Below, piece by piece: positions 1-11,953 of a stretch of 64,000 nucleotides of DNA (within the stretch, counting starts at the first letter, position 1; every line of letters starts with the position of its first letter). A model generated the notes under the pieces. That model was not told the DNA's origin, did not search any database, and saw only the letters and a program-made list of their open reading frames with translations. The stretch covers positions 1 to 64,000 of the forward strand of contig NW_019028999.1 of assembly GCF_002105155.1 (NCBI RefSeq), in the 5' to 3' direction. A program made the translations under genes and the position numbers. Source of the DNA: Lobosporangium transversale (taxonomy: Eukaryota).

Positions 1-1
1 G

Positions 2-1765
2 CCTGAAATACCCACTTCTGAACCCACGGTCCCCGAGGTTGAGGAACCAGCCGTTGAAGAATCACCTGACTCTACGTCCGTCATCGAAGAGAAGACCCCT
101 GAAGAGCCAATTACTGATATTTCAGAGTCTGTAGGCGGGGAGGAAATCAACGAGAAGGAAGAGAAGACTGAGGCCCTTGCTAGTGCTGCAGAGCCTACCC
201 CAGCTACAGAACCTGCTCCGGCAGTGGAGCCAGCTTCATCTACAGAACTTGCTCCAGTTTCAGAAACTGTTACGGCTATCGAACCAGCTCTCAAGGCTGT
301 AACTCCTGTCGGCGCTCCAGGATTGAAGCCCAAGTCTGTTTCTCAACCTCGTCGCTTGAATCAGGATGCTCCTGTAGTTATGCCTAGTGGGTCGTCAGCA
401 TTGCAAAGCGTTGGCGTTAAATTCGGCAGCTTCTCCTTGAACGATGATACGGAACCTGAGCCTAAGACTTCCCCTACTCAGCCTATTCAACCTGCTCAAC
501 CTGAGCAACCTACTCAGCAGACCGCCTCTGCCAATGCCCAGACCACACCTCAGCCCCAACAAGCCCAGCAACAGCCTCAGCAACAATTCCAGCAAACCCA
601 ACAGCAGCCTCAGCAGCAACAGCAACCTCATCAACAGCCTGCTGCCTATGGTCGCCAGCCTAACGTTCCTTCAGGAGCTTCTGGATACCAAGGAATCACT
701 CCTGCTGTTGGCGGTCTCTCACCTGCTGCTACTAATGTATCATACTTGAAGGATCCTAGTGCCACCTACCTTGGCCAACATCATCACCATCCTATGGGTC
801 ATGACGCTATGGGATCACCCTATGGCTCATACATGCCTAATCCTGCTAGCCAGCTTGGCTCCTTTGGTATGGGACCAATGGCATCACTTCCTAATGACTA
901 TGCTGCGATTTATAGCAATGACCTTCAGAGGGCCATGTACTACGATCCGAGCTATGGCCAGATCCCAGTGACAGCAGCTAACAATTACCAGTCACGCGAC
1001 TCCAAATACAATCAAGAGTCAACCTCTACTGTTAGCAGTACTGGAGCACCTAACTCTGGTAGCACCCAGGCTCAACAATCTCTCCAGCAACAACAGCAAC
1101 AGCAACAAGCTTATCCTAGCATGCCTTACTATCCTTATTACTACATGGCTCCTAATCAGTTCCCTAACTACCAACAGTCAGGATATGGCCAACCTTTTGT
1201 TAATAAGAATATGTACCCCATGTATCAGCACCAGCAGCAGCAACAACACACCAACAAGCCTGGCGCAACTAATAGTTCTCCCTATGGGAATTACGGTTCA
1301 ACTGCCGGTCAGGGACACCACCAATACTCTCAAGCTGGATATGAGGACATGTCTGGTGCTGGCGTTCATGGCATGGGTGGTCTTAATGATCCTTATGCCA
1401 AGTACGTCAATCCTGGTATGCAGAATTTTTTGAGCAATCAGCAGCAGCAGCAGCCTGGCACACCTACATCTAATGCCAACAGCACCAAGAGCAATGCCTC
1501 TAATAACTATGGCTCTGGATCGGACAAAAATGCAATCGCTGGATCTCAGTCATCGAACGCTGGGCAAATGGCTAGTGGCACTTCGCTCCAAGGCCAGCCT
1601 GGTCCTGGTAATGCTAATCAGAATCAGCAAGGTTATTACCAGCAACAAATGTTTTCAAACTATCAGTATCCTAGCCATCACCAAAGCTATCATCCCAATC
1701 AGCATCAGGGACAGCATCAGGGGACTGGTCGAAATCAACAGCAGTTCTGGGGGTCACAAAACTGA
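2..1765 (+). CDS. Def1/UBAP2L-like low-complexity protein, 5'-partial
   Basis: Frame is open from the window edge (PEIPTSEPTV...). The motif RRLNQDAPVVMPSG...VKFGSFSL resembles the V-x-MP...FG motif of fungal Def1/UBAP2L. A Q/Y/G/P-rich C-terminus ends at TGA 1763-1765. Confidence 0.65.
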   Translation, partial: PEIPTSEPTVPEVEEPAVEESPDSTSVIEEKTPEEPITDISESVGGEEINEKEEKTEALASAAEPTPATEPAPAVEPASSTELAPVSETVTAIEPALKAVTPVGAPGLKPKSVSQPRRLNQDAPVVMPSGSSALQSVGVKFGSFSLNDDTEPEPKTSPTQPIQPAQPEQPTQQTASANAQTTPQPQQAQQQPQQQFQQTQQQPQQQQQPHQQPAAYGRQPNVPSGASGYQGITPAVGGLSPAATNVSYLKDPSATYLGQHHHHPMGHDAMGSPYGSYMPNPASQLGSFGMGPMASLPNDYAAIYSNDLQRAMYYDPSYGQIPVTAANNYQSRDSKYNQESTSTVSSTGAPNSGSTQAQQSLQQQQQQQQAYPSMPYYPYYYMAPNQFPNYQQSGYGQPFVNKNMYPMYQHQQQQQHTNKPGATNSSPYGNYGSTAGQGHHQYSQAGYEDMSGAGVHGMGGLNDPYAKYVNPGMQNFLSNQQQQQPGTPTSNANSTKSNASNNYGSGSDKNAIAGSQSSNAGQMASGTSLQGQPGPGNANQNQQGYYQQQMFSNYQYPSHHQSYHPNQHQGQHQGTGRNQQQFWGSQN

Positions 1766-2142
1766 AAGCAAAAGAGAATAAAAAAAGAAAAAAGAAAAAA
1801 GAGGATGCTCGAGGGAGAGATGAAAAAGAAATGATTTTAATGAGAGAAGGAAACTTACAGTTCTTTTACCCGTCCCTTCCCATTCCTTTTTTTGTTCTAT
1901 TATCTTTTTCTGTTAGTTTTTTAGTACAATTGGTTTACTTTTATCATGCCTTGCTTTTATTTCGATTTTTAGTTGTTTTTGATAATGCCATGTTTGTATG
2001 TTTTCTTTTCGGTATTGTATATTGTTGACATTGATAATAAAATGAAAGATGAAAGATAAAAGTTCTTGTAAATCTTACAGCGGAGCATGAAATTGTAAGA
2101 AATAAAGTAAAAAGAAAAATAAGAAAAAGATATAGAGATGGT

Positions 2143-3771
2143 TTATGCTGATGTGCTTGCTTCACCCTTCTCTTTCAAAAGCTCTTCATCAGTCCGCTTC
2201 CTGGCCACCACTTCTGCATCTTTCATACTAGCTTCGATGCCACTTTCATGCTCAGCTACAGTATCTTTGCCGACTTTGACACCTAGAGCTTCCACAGCTG
2301 GGGCAAGCTTACCAATCAAATTGTCATCCTCGAGCGTCTTTTCTTGCTCCCAAGTGCTTGAATCCGTATTGGAAATAGATGCATCAGAAGCAGGAGAAGC
2401 AGAGGAAGCAGAGGAAGCAGAAGCGGAATAGGAGGCATGGAGTGCATACTGTTCATAAGAATCGTGATACTGATAACAGTCGTAATCCCATGTTGATAAT
2501 AATTTTGATGATAAACACTCGGACTGTGTCCATTCGGAACCATACACCAATGGTGCACGCGTACGGAATACAGAGATCGCAATAGAGGCGATTAAGATAA
2601 GCGCAATGATACGGAACCGATTAGGGATGAATCTGCAAGCGAGATCGAACGTGATGCTGAAGAGTAAAATTGCAAAATAAAGGGCAGGCAGGTAATGATG
2701 CAAAAACAACTGGCGGCCCATCAGGAAGAACGGGAGGTAATGATATGCCCATGCCATGAAGAAGAATCCTCCAGACAATTCGTAATATTCACGGAGGCCT
2801 ATGAAAGAATCAAATTAGAATATGTACAAAAATCAATACCAAAAAAAAAAAAAAAAAAAAAAACTTTACCTCTAAAATCGTCCTTATAACCGCGCTTATC
2901 GCGAACGAACAATAGAACACGAGTGAGAACATACAGTAGAATTGAGGCGGTTGACAGATACCAAGTGAACCAGTTCCCGATTAGGTAAACATGTTTGTTA
3001 TTCTTTCCCCAAAAGCTGATGCCACGCTTTAAAAGTGGCCAGGAGTGAGGACGAGAATCGTATGGATGCGAGTCAGTCAATCCAGCATTGGTTGTCCACA
3101 TGACTTTATTTAGTTCCAAGAACTTGCCAATGAAACCAGGCTTCTTATAGTTCACCAAAGGCGCATCCTCGGGATCTATTCATCAACGGAGGCAGAGGAA
3201 TAAAAAATATTTAGCATAACGATAGGATGATGTATATATAGTACATAACAAATTAACATCAGCTGGAGAGATGAATATACTTACACTCTGAATAAGAATT
3301 AGACTCAACTATCCAAGTTGTTTTTGATAAGACAGCACTACGCATACAAGTCACTTCTTGTTGCTCAAAAGCCCACTTTGGGAGTTTAACTTTATGCGAA
3401 AAAAGATCGCAATTCATATTGACATGGACTAGCTTGAACCTGGATCGCACTGTGTGTAGGTTTTCCCCTGCTTTGGCGTCTGAACCATCATACCCTACAA
3501 TCTCAAGGCGCCATTCATCATTGGCATCTCCAGGGAAATCCTTGAACCCATATCCACTGACTTCAAAATGATTCTCATTCTCAGTAACAGGCGCCTTGTG
3601 GTCGTGCGAGTGGAGACGCTTATGTGTCTGGGCATGGAGTAAGCGGACATAGTCCCCATTCTTGATGTATTCGAGGCTTTCAGGGATTGTCCCATCTCGC
3701 TTTTGGATGATCCAGTCATTGTTATTATCCTTATGAGGATAAAGAGTAATCTGTTGTTCTGTAATATCATA

Positions 3772-3805
<34 letters not shown>

Positions 3806-5530
3806 TTTAAGGGGCATAGCTAAATGAACTCATTCTTTTATCTGATAAAAATTAAACATACGCTTGCTTCCGGTTTCGTAGTTGGAGGTATGAGAGTGCA
3901 AATAGCCTCCTTGTGTGCCCTGGTGGCGGATCGTAACAGTTGCGCCATATGCTACGGCTATCAGTAGACAAATCCATAAACCGTGTTGATATTTAGATGA
4001 CACAAGATTAATAAATAAAAGGCTTACTGCCGCACATGATAGTCGTGATCCTCCGATCTCAAAACACCAAGTTTCGGAAATGCTTACAGAGAGGTGAATC
4101 TTTTAGTGAATAACCTAGTGTCATCTGAAAGGGTGCGCTCATAAATCCATCGCCATCGCCACTCGATTGAAGAAGCAAGAAATGGATCTCAAACATCAAC
4201 ATGTAAACACTGATGGGTACTACAATCAGGCAGACTGCGCGTGCCAAGAAGTGGTTCAACCAAGTACGAGGGGGAATTCTGAGATCACCCCAAAGTAACC
4301 AGAGCTGATTGATAGTTGATGTTCCGATGGTAGCGATGATAAAGAGACCGACCCATTTAACACTTCCTGATAGCCCTAGCCCCACGCCAGTTAAGAAAAG
4401 CCAGACAAACCAATCATCGGAAAAGGGATCGTGACGTTGATTGTGAAAATTGACCCAGGCAAGGACAGTGAAGGCGGTGAAGAGAATCAAAGGGGAATCC
4501 AGCAGGATAAATCGACTCTGTGTGGCCAGGCTGTTCTCTGGATGAAGTTATTAAAAGCCTTCCCTGTGTTAATAATAGCCATCAAAGACGTTTAGAAAAG
4601 AATTAAATGAATTTTTTTTTTGTGTGTTACCAAAGAGAACTAAGAGAGCAGCGAGAGTGGAGGCATGAAGAGAATGACCTGAATTCCTGACAGTATAAAA
4701 GGCAATAGGGACCACTGCTACGCCCATGAGGCCACACATTACTCTCATTGGAATATATGGCACCTTTGGTTCGATATAATCCCTGATAAACCATATCAAA
4801 AACACAATCAGTGATGAAAATTGTTTTTAAGATCATGAACAGTTCAATTCGAGCTGATAAGGTAAAAGATAAAACTGACGTGGCAAGAACTAAGAAGTTG
4901 CTGAAATAAAAAAAGCTTACATTCCAATCTCTTTAAAATCAAAAGAGGGATTCAGTCCGAAGAGCCAGCCCGTTAATGCGATCAACATCTTTGCCAGTGG
5001 TGGATGCACGTCCATGAAAAAGCGACCCCTGATGTATTTAGATGCAAATCCTCCAAAATGAACTTCATCGAAGCTATCAAAGAATAGCATCCATTGGGAA
5101 CAATTAATAGTCAAATAGATAACTATCCCATTCAAAAGTTAACCTCATGACGAAGAAAGAAAAAAAAAAAAAAAAAAAAGACTTACACAACCGAGGTTGG
5201 GTAGCCAATGGCCCAAAGTCTTACTATCAATGCCAACGCAGTGATAGCAAGAACGATCTGCAACTCCCGACTCTGGTACCATGGAAGACTACGCCTGCTT
5301 CTAAACCTTGCGAAATGACTATGATCCTCCTCCTCTGTGTAAGAATGACCTGGGCTTCTGCTGCGTTTTTCATCGAGGCCAGGTCTCTCCATATGAGTTT
5401 CTGTCATGACCTCATTATTGTTTGTGGAGGTGGCTTCACCCAGAATACCTCTGGAGATTGTTCTGCTTCGCACTTCTTTCTGAACTGACACACCTGTCTG
5501 ATCTACTGAAGAACCGGTGCCGTTCTCCAT
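2143..5530 (-). CDS. PMT1: Dolichyl-phosphate-mannose:protein O-mannosyltransferase (GT39, PMT1/2-like), 8 exons
   Basis: Exons 5530-5187, 5073-4921, 4782-4631, 4537-4088, 3957-3862, 3758-3285, 3175-2870, 2798-2143, all GT-AG. Motifs VVFDEVHFGGFASKY, FFMDVHPPLAK, KWVGLF, MIR repeats (GGYLHSH, VRLLHAQTHKRLHSH), HPYDSRPHSWP and RQLFLHHYLPALYF. Subfamily assignment is tentative. Confidence 0.93.
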
Positions 5531-7446
5531 GATGACTTTTTTTTTGTTGTTACTATTGAATGCAGTGATGGGTTCAGAGATGAGCCTTTGTTGATGCTAC
5601 AAGGTTGTCTTTTATATCTTCCAGAAGCTGAGTTTGCGAATAGAGAAAGATGAGAAGAACAATGAGATGTGAAAGACGTCTTTTTTTTATTGTATTATTA
5701 GCCTGTTCTCTGTTCTAATTGCCATCATTGTCAATCCGATTTTTGTTACAGGCTCACGATCAATTATTTCAAACGCTCACTTGCACAGTCTCACTTTCTC
5801 ACCCTCTTTTTTTAGCCCTCATCGCCCTTCACGCGTTCGATTCTCACTGTTATCCTTGCTCTCTTCTCTATCTTACCCTTCTTCTTTCAAAGGCAATGAG
5901 TCAATGAGCATGAGTCAAATGGATTGCCTTTTTTTTAAAGTGCTATGAGGAATTGATTCATTTCAAATTCCTAAATGGGTCGAATGAGGCAAAAGGTGAT
6001 AGCCCTTCAGTACCTGCAGTACGGACTCAGGAACCACTTGTGATCTAGGGGCAGCCTATTTACCTACACCCGACCGACGCTATTGGTACTGCTCGGATTA
6101 GGTAATAGAAGTAACAGTAATAGATAGCCTGGTTCTCTCGCCTTAATCAATTGACTTTTATCCGAACATCCGTACTCTCGCGTCACCAAAAGCTCTGGAT
6201 CGGCATTTTCACTAGGTATTCCCTTTTATTTCTTTTGGCGACATAATAACGACCCATTTCACAGCAAAAGCGAATCGCATCCTGCTTGTCTAATAAGGTA
6301 AAATCCTCCAAGAGGAGAAGGAGACAGACGACGCTACAGCTGATATATTGAGTGATCCAACCTCTATACCGTTAATTACATGCATGAGTCAGGTCCAATG
6401 TGTGAGAAGATTATAAATGCAAGCATCTGATAAGAATTATTCATGAGTATACTTCATTAAGATGTATATACCATGTGTTCTCGAAGAGGCATCAAGTTAC
6501 CCTTAGTGCTATAGGCAAAAGAGCTCGTTCAAATCCAATTGCACCATGATCTACGATACTGTCCATGCTTACAAGGAAGAATATGAAAATAAAATTATGG
6601 AGAGTGATTCAACAAGCAATGAACAAAAGTTAAGTATACCAGCATTCTCACACACCCATGTTCACCAACATTAAACTCAAGCAACTTTTGATACTTAGCA
6701 GACAAGGCCTTCGCGGCATTATCGATCAAGTATTTATACTTATCGTTTTTGGTTTCTTCACGTCAATGCCCAGTCTTTTGCCTCTTTCTCTCCTTCCTTG
6801 ACACAAGAGACCTTGCTATGGCGGGAAGGGCCTAAGGCCATAAACTGCCTAGCTTCACGGTTGAGAACGTCAATCCTCAGCCTATTATTTTGCTATGGAT
6901 TTTGCAATGGCGCTGAGCTTGCTTTGAATTGGTCGCTATGGTTTATTGATTATAAAATTAAGAGTTAAAAAAATTAAAAAGAAACTCCGTTTGCTTAGCT
7001 ACTTGCAAAGTCGACGGATCAATGCGAAAGCCCTGTATAAAGGAATCAATTAAAGTATTAGCATTTATGTGTATTTCAAATGTTTAATAAAGCAGTGGCT
7101 AAAGGTTTTCATTTAAAGGACGTTTTCGAAATCGTCGTCGCTAACTTGGATGTAGAGTTTTTAAATTAATTGGTTGGCTGAAAGAACAAACCCAACTTGT
7201 TTACTTTGTTTGGGCACGGACCATACTCAATCGCGTGCATGAATGCAGTATGGCAACGATGCCGAAGGACGCTTTAGGTGGAGCTAAATCTGGAGCGCTT
7301 TGGACACTATGCTATGTGGTGTGTCAAAATGCCTAAGGTAGGCGAAGAACGCACGGAGCTTAGCTCAATAGAGTATCATAATCAACAGCATGAAAAAGCC
7401 GGGCGCAAACTAACAGACCCTAAACCCAACAGGCATCTAAGGATGT

Positions 7447-7980
7447 TCAAGACGCCAAAGTCGAAGATCCGTTTGCTAAGTACAGGTATGAACCTGAATA
7501 GAAGGCTGTATGATCGTTACACAGCACCTCTAGGGCTAGAGCTGCAAACAAAGGCTTGGGCGTGGCCAAGCACTTCACGACGAATATCGTTATTTTTGGC
7601 GGCAATGTTGTGCACACAATTATTTTTTTTTTCAGTCTTAACTTGACTAAAACTGACATGAACTTGATAGCTCTTTTCCTTGGCTTTATAGCCCTACTCA
7701 AACCCATGCAATATCAAGCATTGGCAAATTGTCGCCATCGTTCTACATCATCGTTTGCCGTTGATCCTAACAGCTTTGACTCATTTTTCAACGAGAATAC
7801 TATGATCCTACTTCTAAAGAAAGACATCCTCCTCTCACTCAGTCCTAACAAGAACAGCACCTCCGCAATAAATTTATTCAAAGGAGACTCTACGGTACTT
7901 TTGGAATAGGGTATATCGCTCATACTACGTGCACATCCCTCACCTGAGAGCTTGTTTAAGCGATGACGGGCTGGAGAGAA
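7447..7980 (-). pseudogene. Possible decayed coding relic of unknown family
   Basis: ORFs 7714-7923 and 7447-7707 share a frame and are separated by one TGA (...RQFANA*YCMGLSR...). No family motif was recognised. Confidence 0.2.
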
Positions 7981-8439
7981 CCACCCTTCAGTGTTCTAGG
8001 TTGTTCGCACATACAAACGTGTTCTGAGCCTGTGTATTGACATGCATCAATGAAATACATTACGTTTTTTAGGCTTGAGGGCTCCAATATGCGATATCAT
8101 GAATAATCCTTTGGGTGAATGCAATGATGCAGGCTGGGATGAAAGAAGCATAATTTGAATTCCTTAACACCCTATGGAGCTTGTTAGCCCCCTCTTCACG
8201 AGTATTTTTTGCCCTTTGCTCATTCTATGCTGCCTGTGGTCATCTCATGTGTACATGAAATTTAAAGCATTCTAGTCTACATCTTCCATTAACTGTTATA
8301 TCAAGTTTATTCTTATGGTGACTTGGATCCTTCTTCAGCAAAACCACTTTGCACTCAATGTGTGTACCATGAAAATATATGAAATAATTTGCTTCCCGTT
8401 CTTGCATGGATTAAATTTCTTAGCTTTGCATGTGTTCCT

Positions 8440-9103
8440 TTACGGTTTGCTTTCCATGCTTTGAATCATTTCGCGGATACCTTGGACGACCAGAGCATGG
8501 TCCTCCGCCTGTTTGAGCCCACTGACAACAATCGCGCCTACACAGCCAACATTTCTGATCAGCAATGGGAATCCTCCGCCATGACAGGCATAGTCGACCA
8601 TAGACACTTTATAGCTACGTTCCATGTCAGTTTCACCTTTGGCAGCAAGTGAACGACCGATATAGTATGACGAATGTTGTAGGCGAACCACTGTATTGGT
8701 TTTACGACGCATCCAGTTTTCATTATCAACAGATGTTCCTAATGATGATAATAATAATAAAAAAAATTAAAAAAAATATGATATATTTCAATCGTCAATG
8801 GCCCATATATCCTAGCAGCAATAAAACCCATTGACTGTATTATAACTTGATCAGGCAAAAGAGATAAATAGAGGGAGAAAAACTATTACCTGCCATAGCA
8901 TGTTGGAAGAGAACTTGTCCGTTGCGAGTAATTGAGATAGTGACTCCTCCCTTGTTCCAAGCCTTAGCCAACTGAGTCAATCTATTTCCAAGAGTGAGGG
9001 CATCATCATTAGTGAACCTTGAGAACTGGAGTTCCTTCTCCTCAGCCAGAAGATCAGGGAGTAATGCAGCTGCTTCTTGTTGCTGTTCTTGTGAAAGAGA
9101 CAT
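8440..9103 (-). CDS. UPF0303 / heme-degrading (GlcG/HbpS-like, YBR137W-like) protein, 2 exons
   Basis: Exons 9103-8891 and 8738-8440. Motifs EEKELQFSRFTNDDALTLG, GTSVDNENWMRRKTNTVVRLQHSSY and YACHGGGFPL...VVSGLKQAEDH. Confidence 0.88.
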
Positions 9104-9201
9104 AATGGTGAGATAAGAGAGAAAGAGAAAGATGTCGGGCGTGAGAAAATGGGGCTTTGACTTTGTTCGTGAGGAAAAAAAGGGTGAGCATTGGTCCAGG
9201 G

Positions 9202-9234
<33 letters not shown>

Positions 9235-9385
9235 CTTGTCGTCATTCAGTTTTATTTTTATTATATATTTTATTAACAATTAGGATTAGGTTGATAAATA
9301 TGTTACATGTGTATGATGGTATAAACAATTTTGCGTCCCATTGACATTGACATTGAGGGATCTCTGCAGAGTCCATGGATTGACC

Positions 9386-10033
9386 TTAAGCCATCATTAG
9401 GCCAGCAAAGAAAACGATAGCAAGAGCCACAGTTGATTTTACGCTCTTATCCTGAGAAGAGACAGCTCCGCTTGGCTTGTCAGTTGGCTGAAGTTGATAT
9501 GTTCCTTTAGCGGTTGAGGTAGTCCGCTCGCTCTCTGTGATTGTGACGGTTGCAGTTGTAGTAGCTGTTGTGCTAAAAGTGGCAAGTGAAGATGAGGAAG
9601 AGGTCGACCATGAATCTGTAGAAGTGAGTGTCCGGGAGGAACCCCAGGAGCTGCTGGTAGATGTGCTACTCCATATGCTGCTGCTTCTGCTTCTAGACGG
9701 AGATGGAGGTGAAGAGCTGACTGGATCATCGTCTTCATCGCAGTTGCCATATTGGGATTGACATCCCTCTCCACAGTGTAGAGGGGAATAACCACAGAAA
9801 TTCTATCAGTTGCAAGAAAAAAAAAAAAATAGCAGGTGTGAGTAACGCTTGGGTTCGAGACAGAGAGACAAGTGTAGAAGAGTAGTAGAAGCAGGTTTCT
9901 ATACGTTTCTGGAGCAACAGGCAGAGTTTGGACAGTTGGGTGTTTCACTACCAGGGCCACAGCTTTGGGCTGCTACGAGTGTTAGTATCACAATGAGGTA
10001 CAAGAGTAGCTGGTTGAATAAGTTGTTTGCCAT
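9386..10033 (-). CDS. Secreted, probably GPI-anchored hevein/CBM18 chitin-binding protein (181 aa), 2 exons
   Basis: Exons 10033-9905 and 9802-9386. They encode a signal peptide, the 8-Cys domain CGPGSETPNCPNSACCSRNNFCGYSPLHCGEGCQSQYGNC, an S/T-rich stalk and the hydrophobic tail STVALAIVFFAGLMMA*. Confidence 0.85.
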
Positions 10034-10303
10034 GGCAGGATTGAATTGCTTGAATGAGGGACAACGATGAGAGTGCAAAAAAACAAAAAAAAAATAGAAA
10101 AAGAGAGCAGATACACCATTGAACGATCTGTTGCCAGAAATGACAACATGGGAATGTGTGTCCAGCAATCAGATATTGCAAGCATTTTTGTTATCTTGCT
10201 CAACTTGCGGGGCATGTACTCTAGGTTAAAATGAATACGCGATACAATTCACAATTCACTATTCACACACTTCATTCTCATCTTTTGTCTACACATCCTC
10301 ATT

Positions 10304-11238
10304 ATGCCAGTCTCCCATCAAAGTAACAAGGCCACCCTTTCCCACCCTTCTGGTGCATCTGCAGAAGTCTACCTCTTTGGTGCGACTCTTACATCGTGGA
10401 AAGTCTCCAACAAAGAGCGCATCTTCCTCAGGTAACATGGAGAAATCAACAAACAATGGTGTCGAAGTGATGCATCCAAGAACCTGTCTTTGCCTGTTGT
10501 CTTTATCATTTATAGATATTGCGCGATTACTTTAATAAAGTAAAATAAATAAATTTAAAATAGTGCCGAGGCAGTCCTAGACGAATCAAAGGCTATCCGT
10601 GGAGGGTAACGTCTACATGTTCTTGGTGTTGATGTTAGCTCTATATACATAATGAGATTATTGTCAAAAAGCAGGATGCATTTGGAAGAGAATATTTATA
10701 GTCTTTACCTTTTCAGGATCCCATTGGTCTTCCCTGTTTTTGGCAAAGGCAAAGCTCCTCATATCACTGCTTCGCTTCCCCAGCATGGTACGATCATCAA
10801 GAGAAAAAAAAGGAGGGTTTGACCTTTCCGAAATACAGAGGTATAAAAGCTGATCCATGAACTCATTTAATGCTTTGATGTTACTTAGGATTCGCAAGGA
10901 TTTCACGCTGGAAGTTTGTCAATTCTTCAGATGATGACCAAACGGTTACTGCTCAGTTCGGTAATAATAAGAAAGAAGTATGTTGTTGGTTTCTCTGAAT
11001 TGTATTCCAGTACTCACCCCCATTTTTTTTTTTTTTTTTTTTATATTTTAGGTTTGGATCACTCCATGATCTCTGATGAACACCGCAGTTTGTGGCCATT
11101 CGACTTCTCGCTGATCTACACTATCAAATTAACAGCAGATACAATTGAGACTCACCTCAAGGTCCATAATGTCGGTGACAAGCCTTTCGACTTTAACACT
11201 CTTCTACATACCTATTTCTTAATTCCTGTAAGCCATCA

Positions 11239-11278
<40 letters not shown>

Positions 11279-11742
11279 AACCATGTTTGGAATTATTTAT
11301 AAGCCCTATATTTTAAGATCTCCTTTATTCACACCCCATTATGACTAATCAATATATATAGGATGAATCTAAAGTCAGGGTCATTGGGTTGAATGGGGTT
11401 GACTATGCTGATAAGGTCCTGCAACAGTCCTCTCGCCAGGATGGTGAGGCTGTGATTCGTGGCGAAGTTGACAGAGTTTATGCAAATGTCAAATCGACCG
11501 ATATTGACATCCATTACGGAGCTGATGAGCAGCAAAATGGGCGCGGTATCAAGTTGAGCAAGAATGGATTGAACGACATTGTAGTTTGGAACCCTTGGAT
11601 CGAGAAATCAGCGGGTATGGCTGATTTTGGAGATGAGGAATATCATCGTATGATTTGCGTCGAAGCAGGCCAAGTTGCAGAGTTTATTGCCCTTGCTTCC
11701 GGGGACTCTTGGGAAGGAAGCCAAGTCTTAAGCCTTTTGTGA
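10304..11742 (+). CDS. Glucose-6-phosphate 1-epimerase (aldose 1-epimerase family), multi-exon
   Basis: ATG 10304 (MPVSHQSNKATLSHPSGASAEVYLFGATLTSWK). Spliced motifs KAIRGGIPLVFPVFG, LPQHGFAR, FNTLLHTYF, EVDRVY, VVWNPWIEKS and MICVEAG. Confidence 0.92.
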
Positions 11743-11953
11743 GCAGCATTGGATTGTCATATCAATAATAAAATTAAGCGCGAAAATAGCAGTCCAAACA
11801 AAACGCGTTGAGCGCGTCTATATTGTTTATTTTGAAAGCTCATTTAATCCTTATCAGCCATCGGCCTTCTATTTCTCTATTTCACTAATTGTTTGACATA
11901 AACAATTACAAAAACTTCGCACACATTATTATACTTTTACGCTATTCACAGCA

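Noticed and set aside
7714..7716. In-frame TGA as possible selenocysteine or readthrough codon
   Set aside because: There is no redox motif, recognisable family or SECIS-like element; a nonsense mutation or chance is simpler.
8440..9103. Bacterial-looking UPF0303 gene as a recent horizontal transfer
   Set aside because: The family is already known in fungi (yeast YBR137W) and the gene has a normal intron.
9439..9960. 173-aa minus-strand ORF
   Set aside because: Wrong frame; the spliced hevein-GPI model explains the region.
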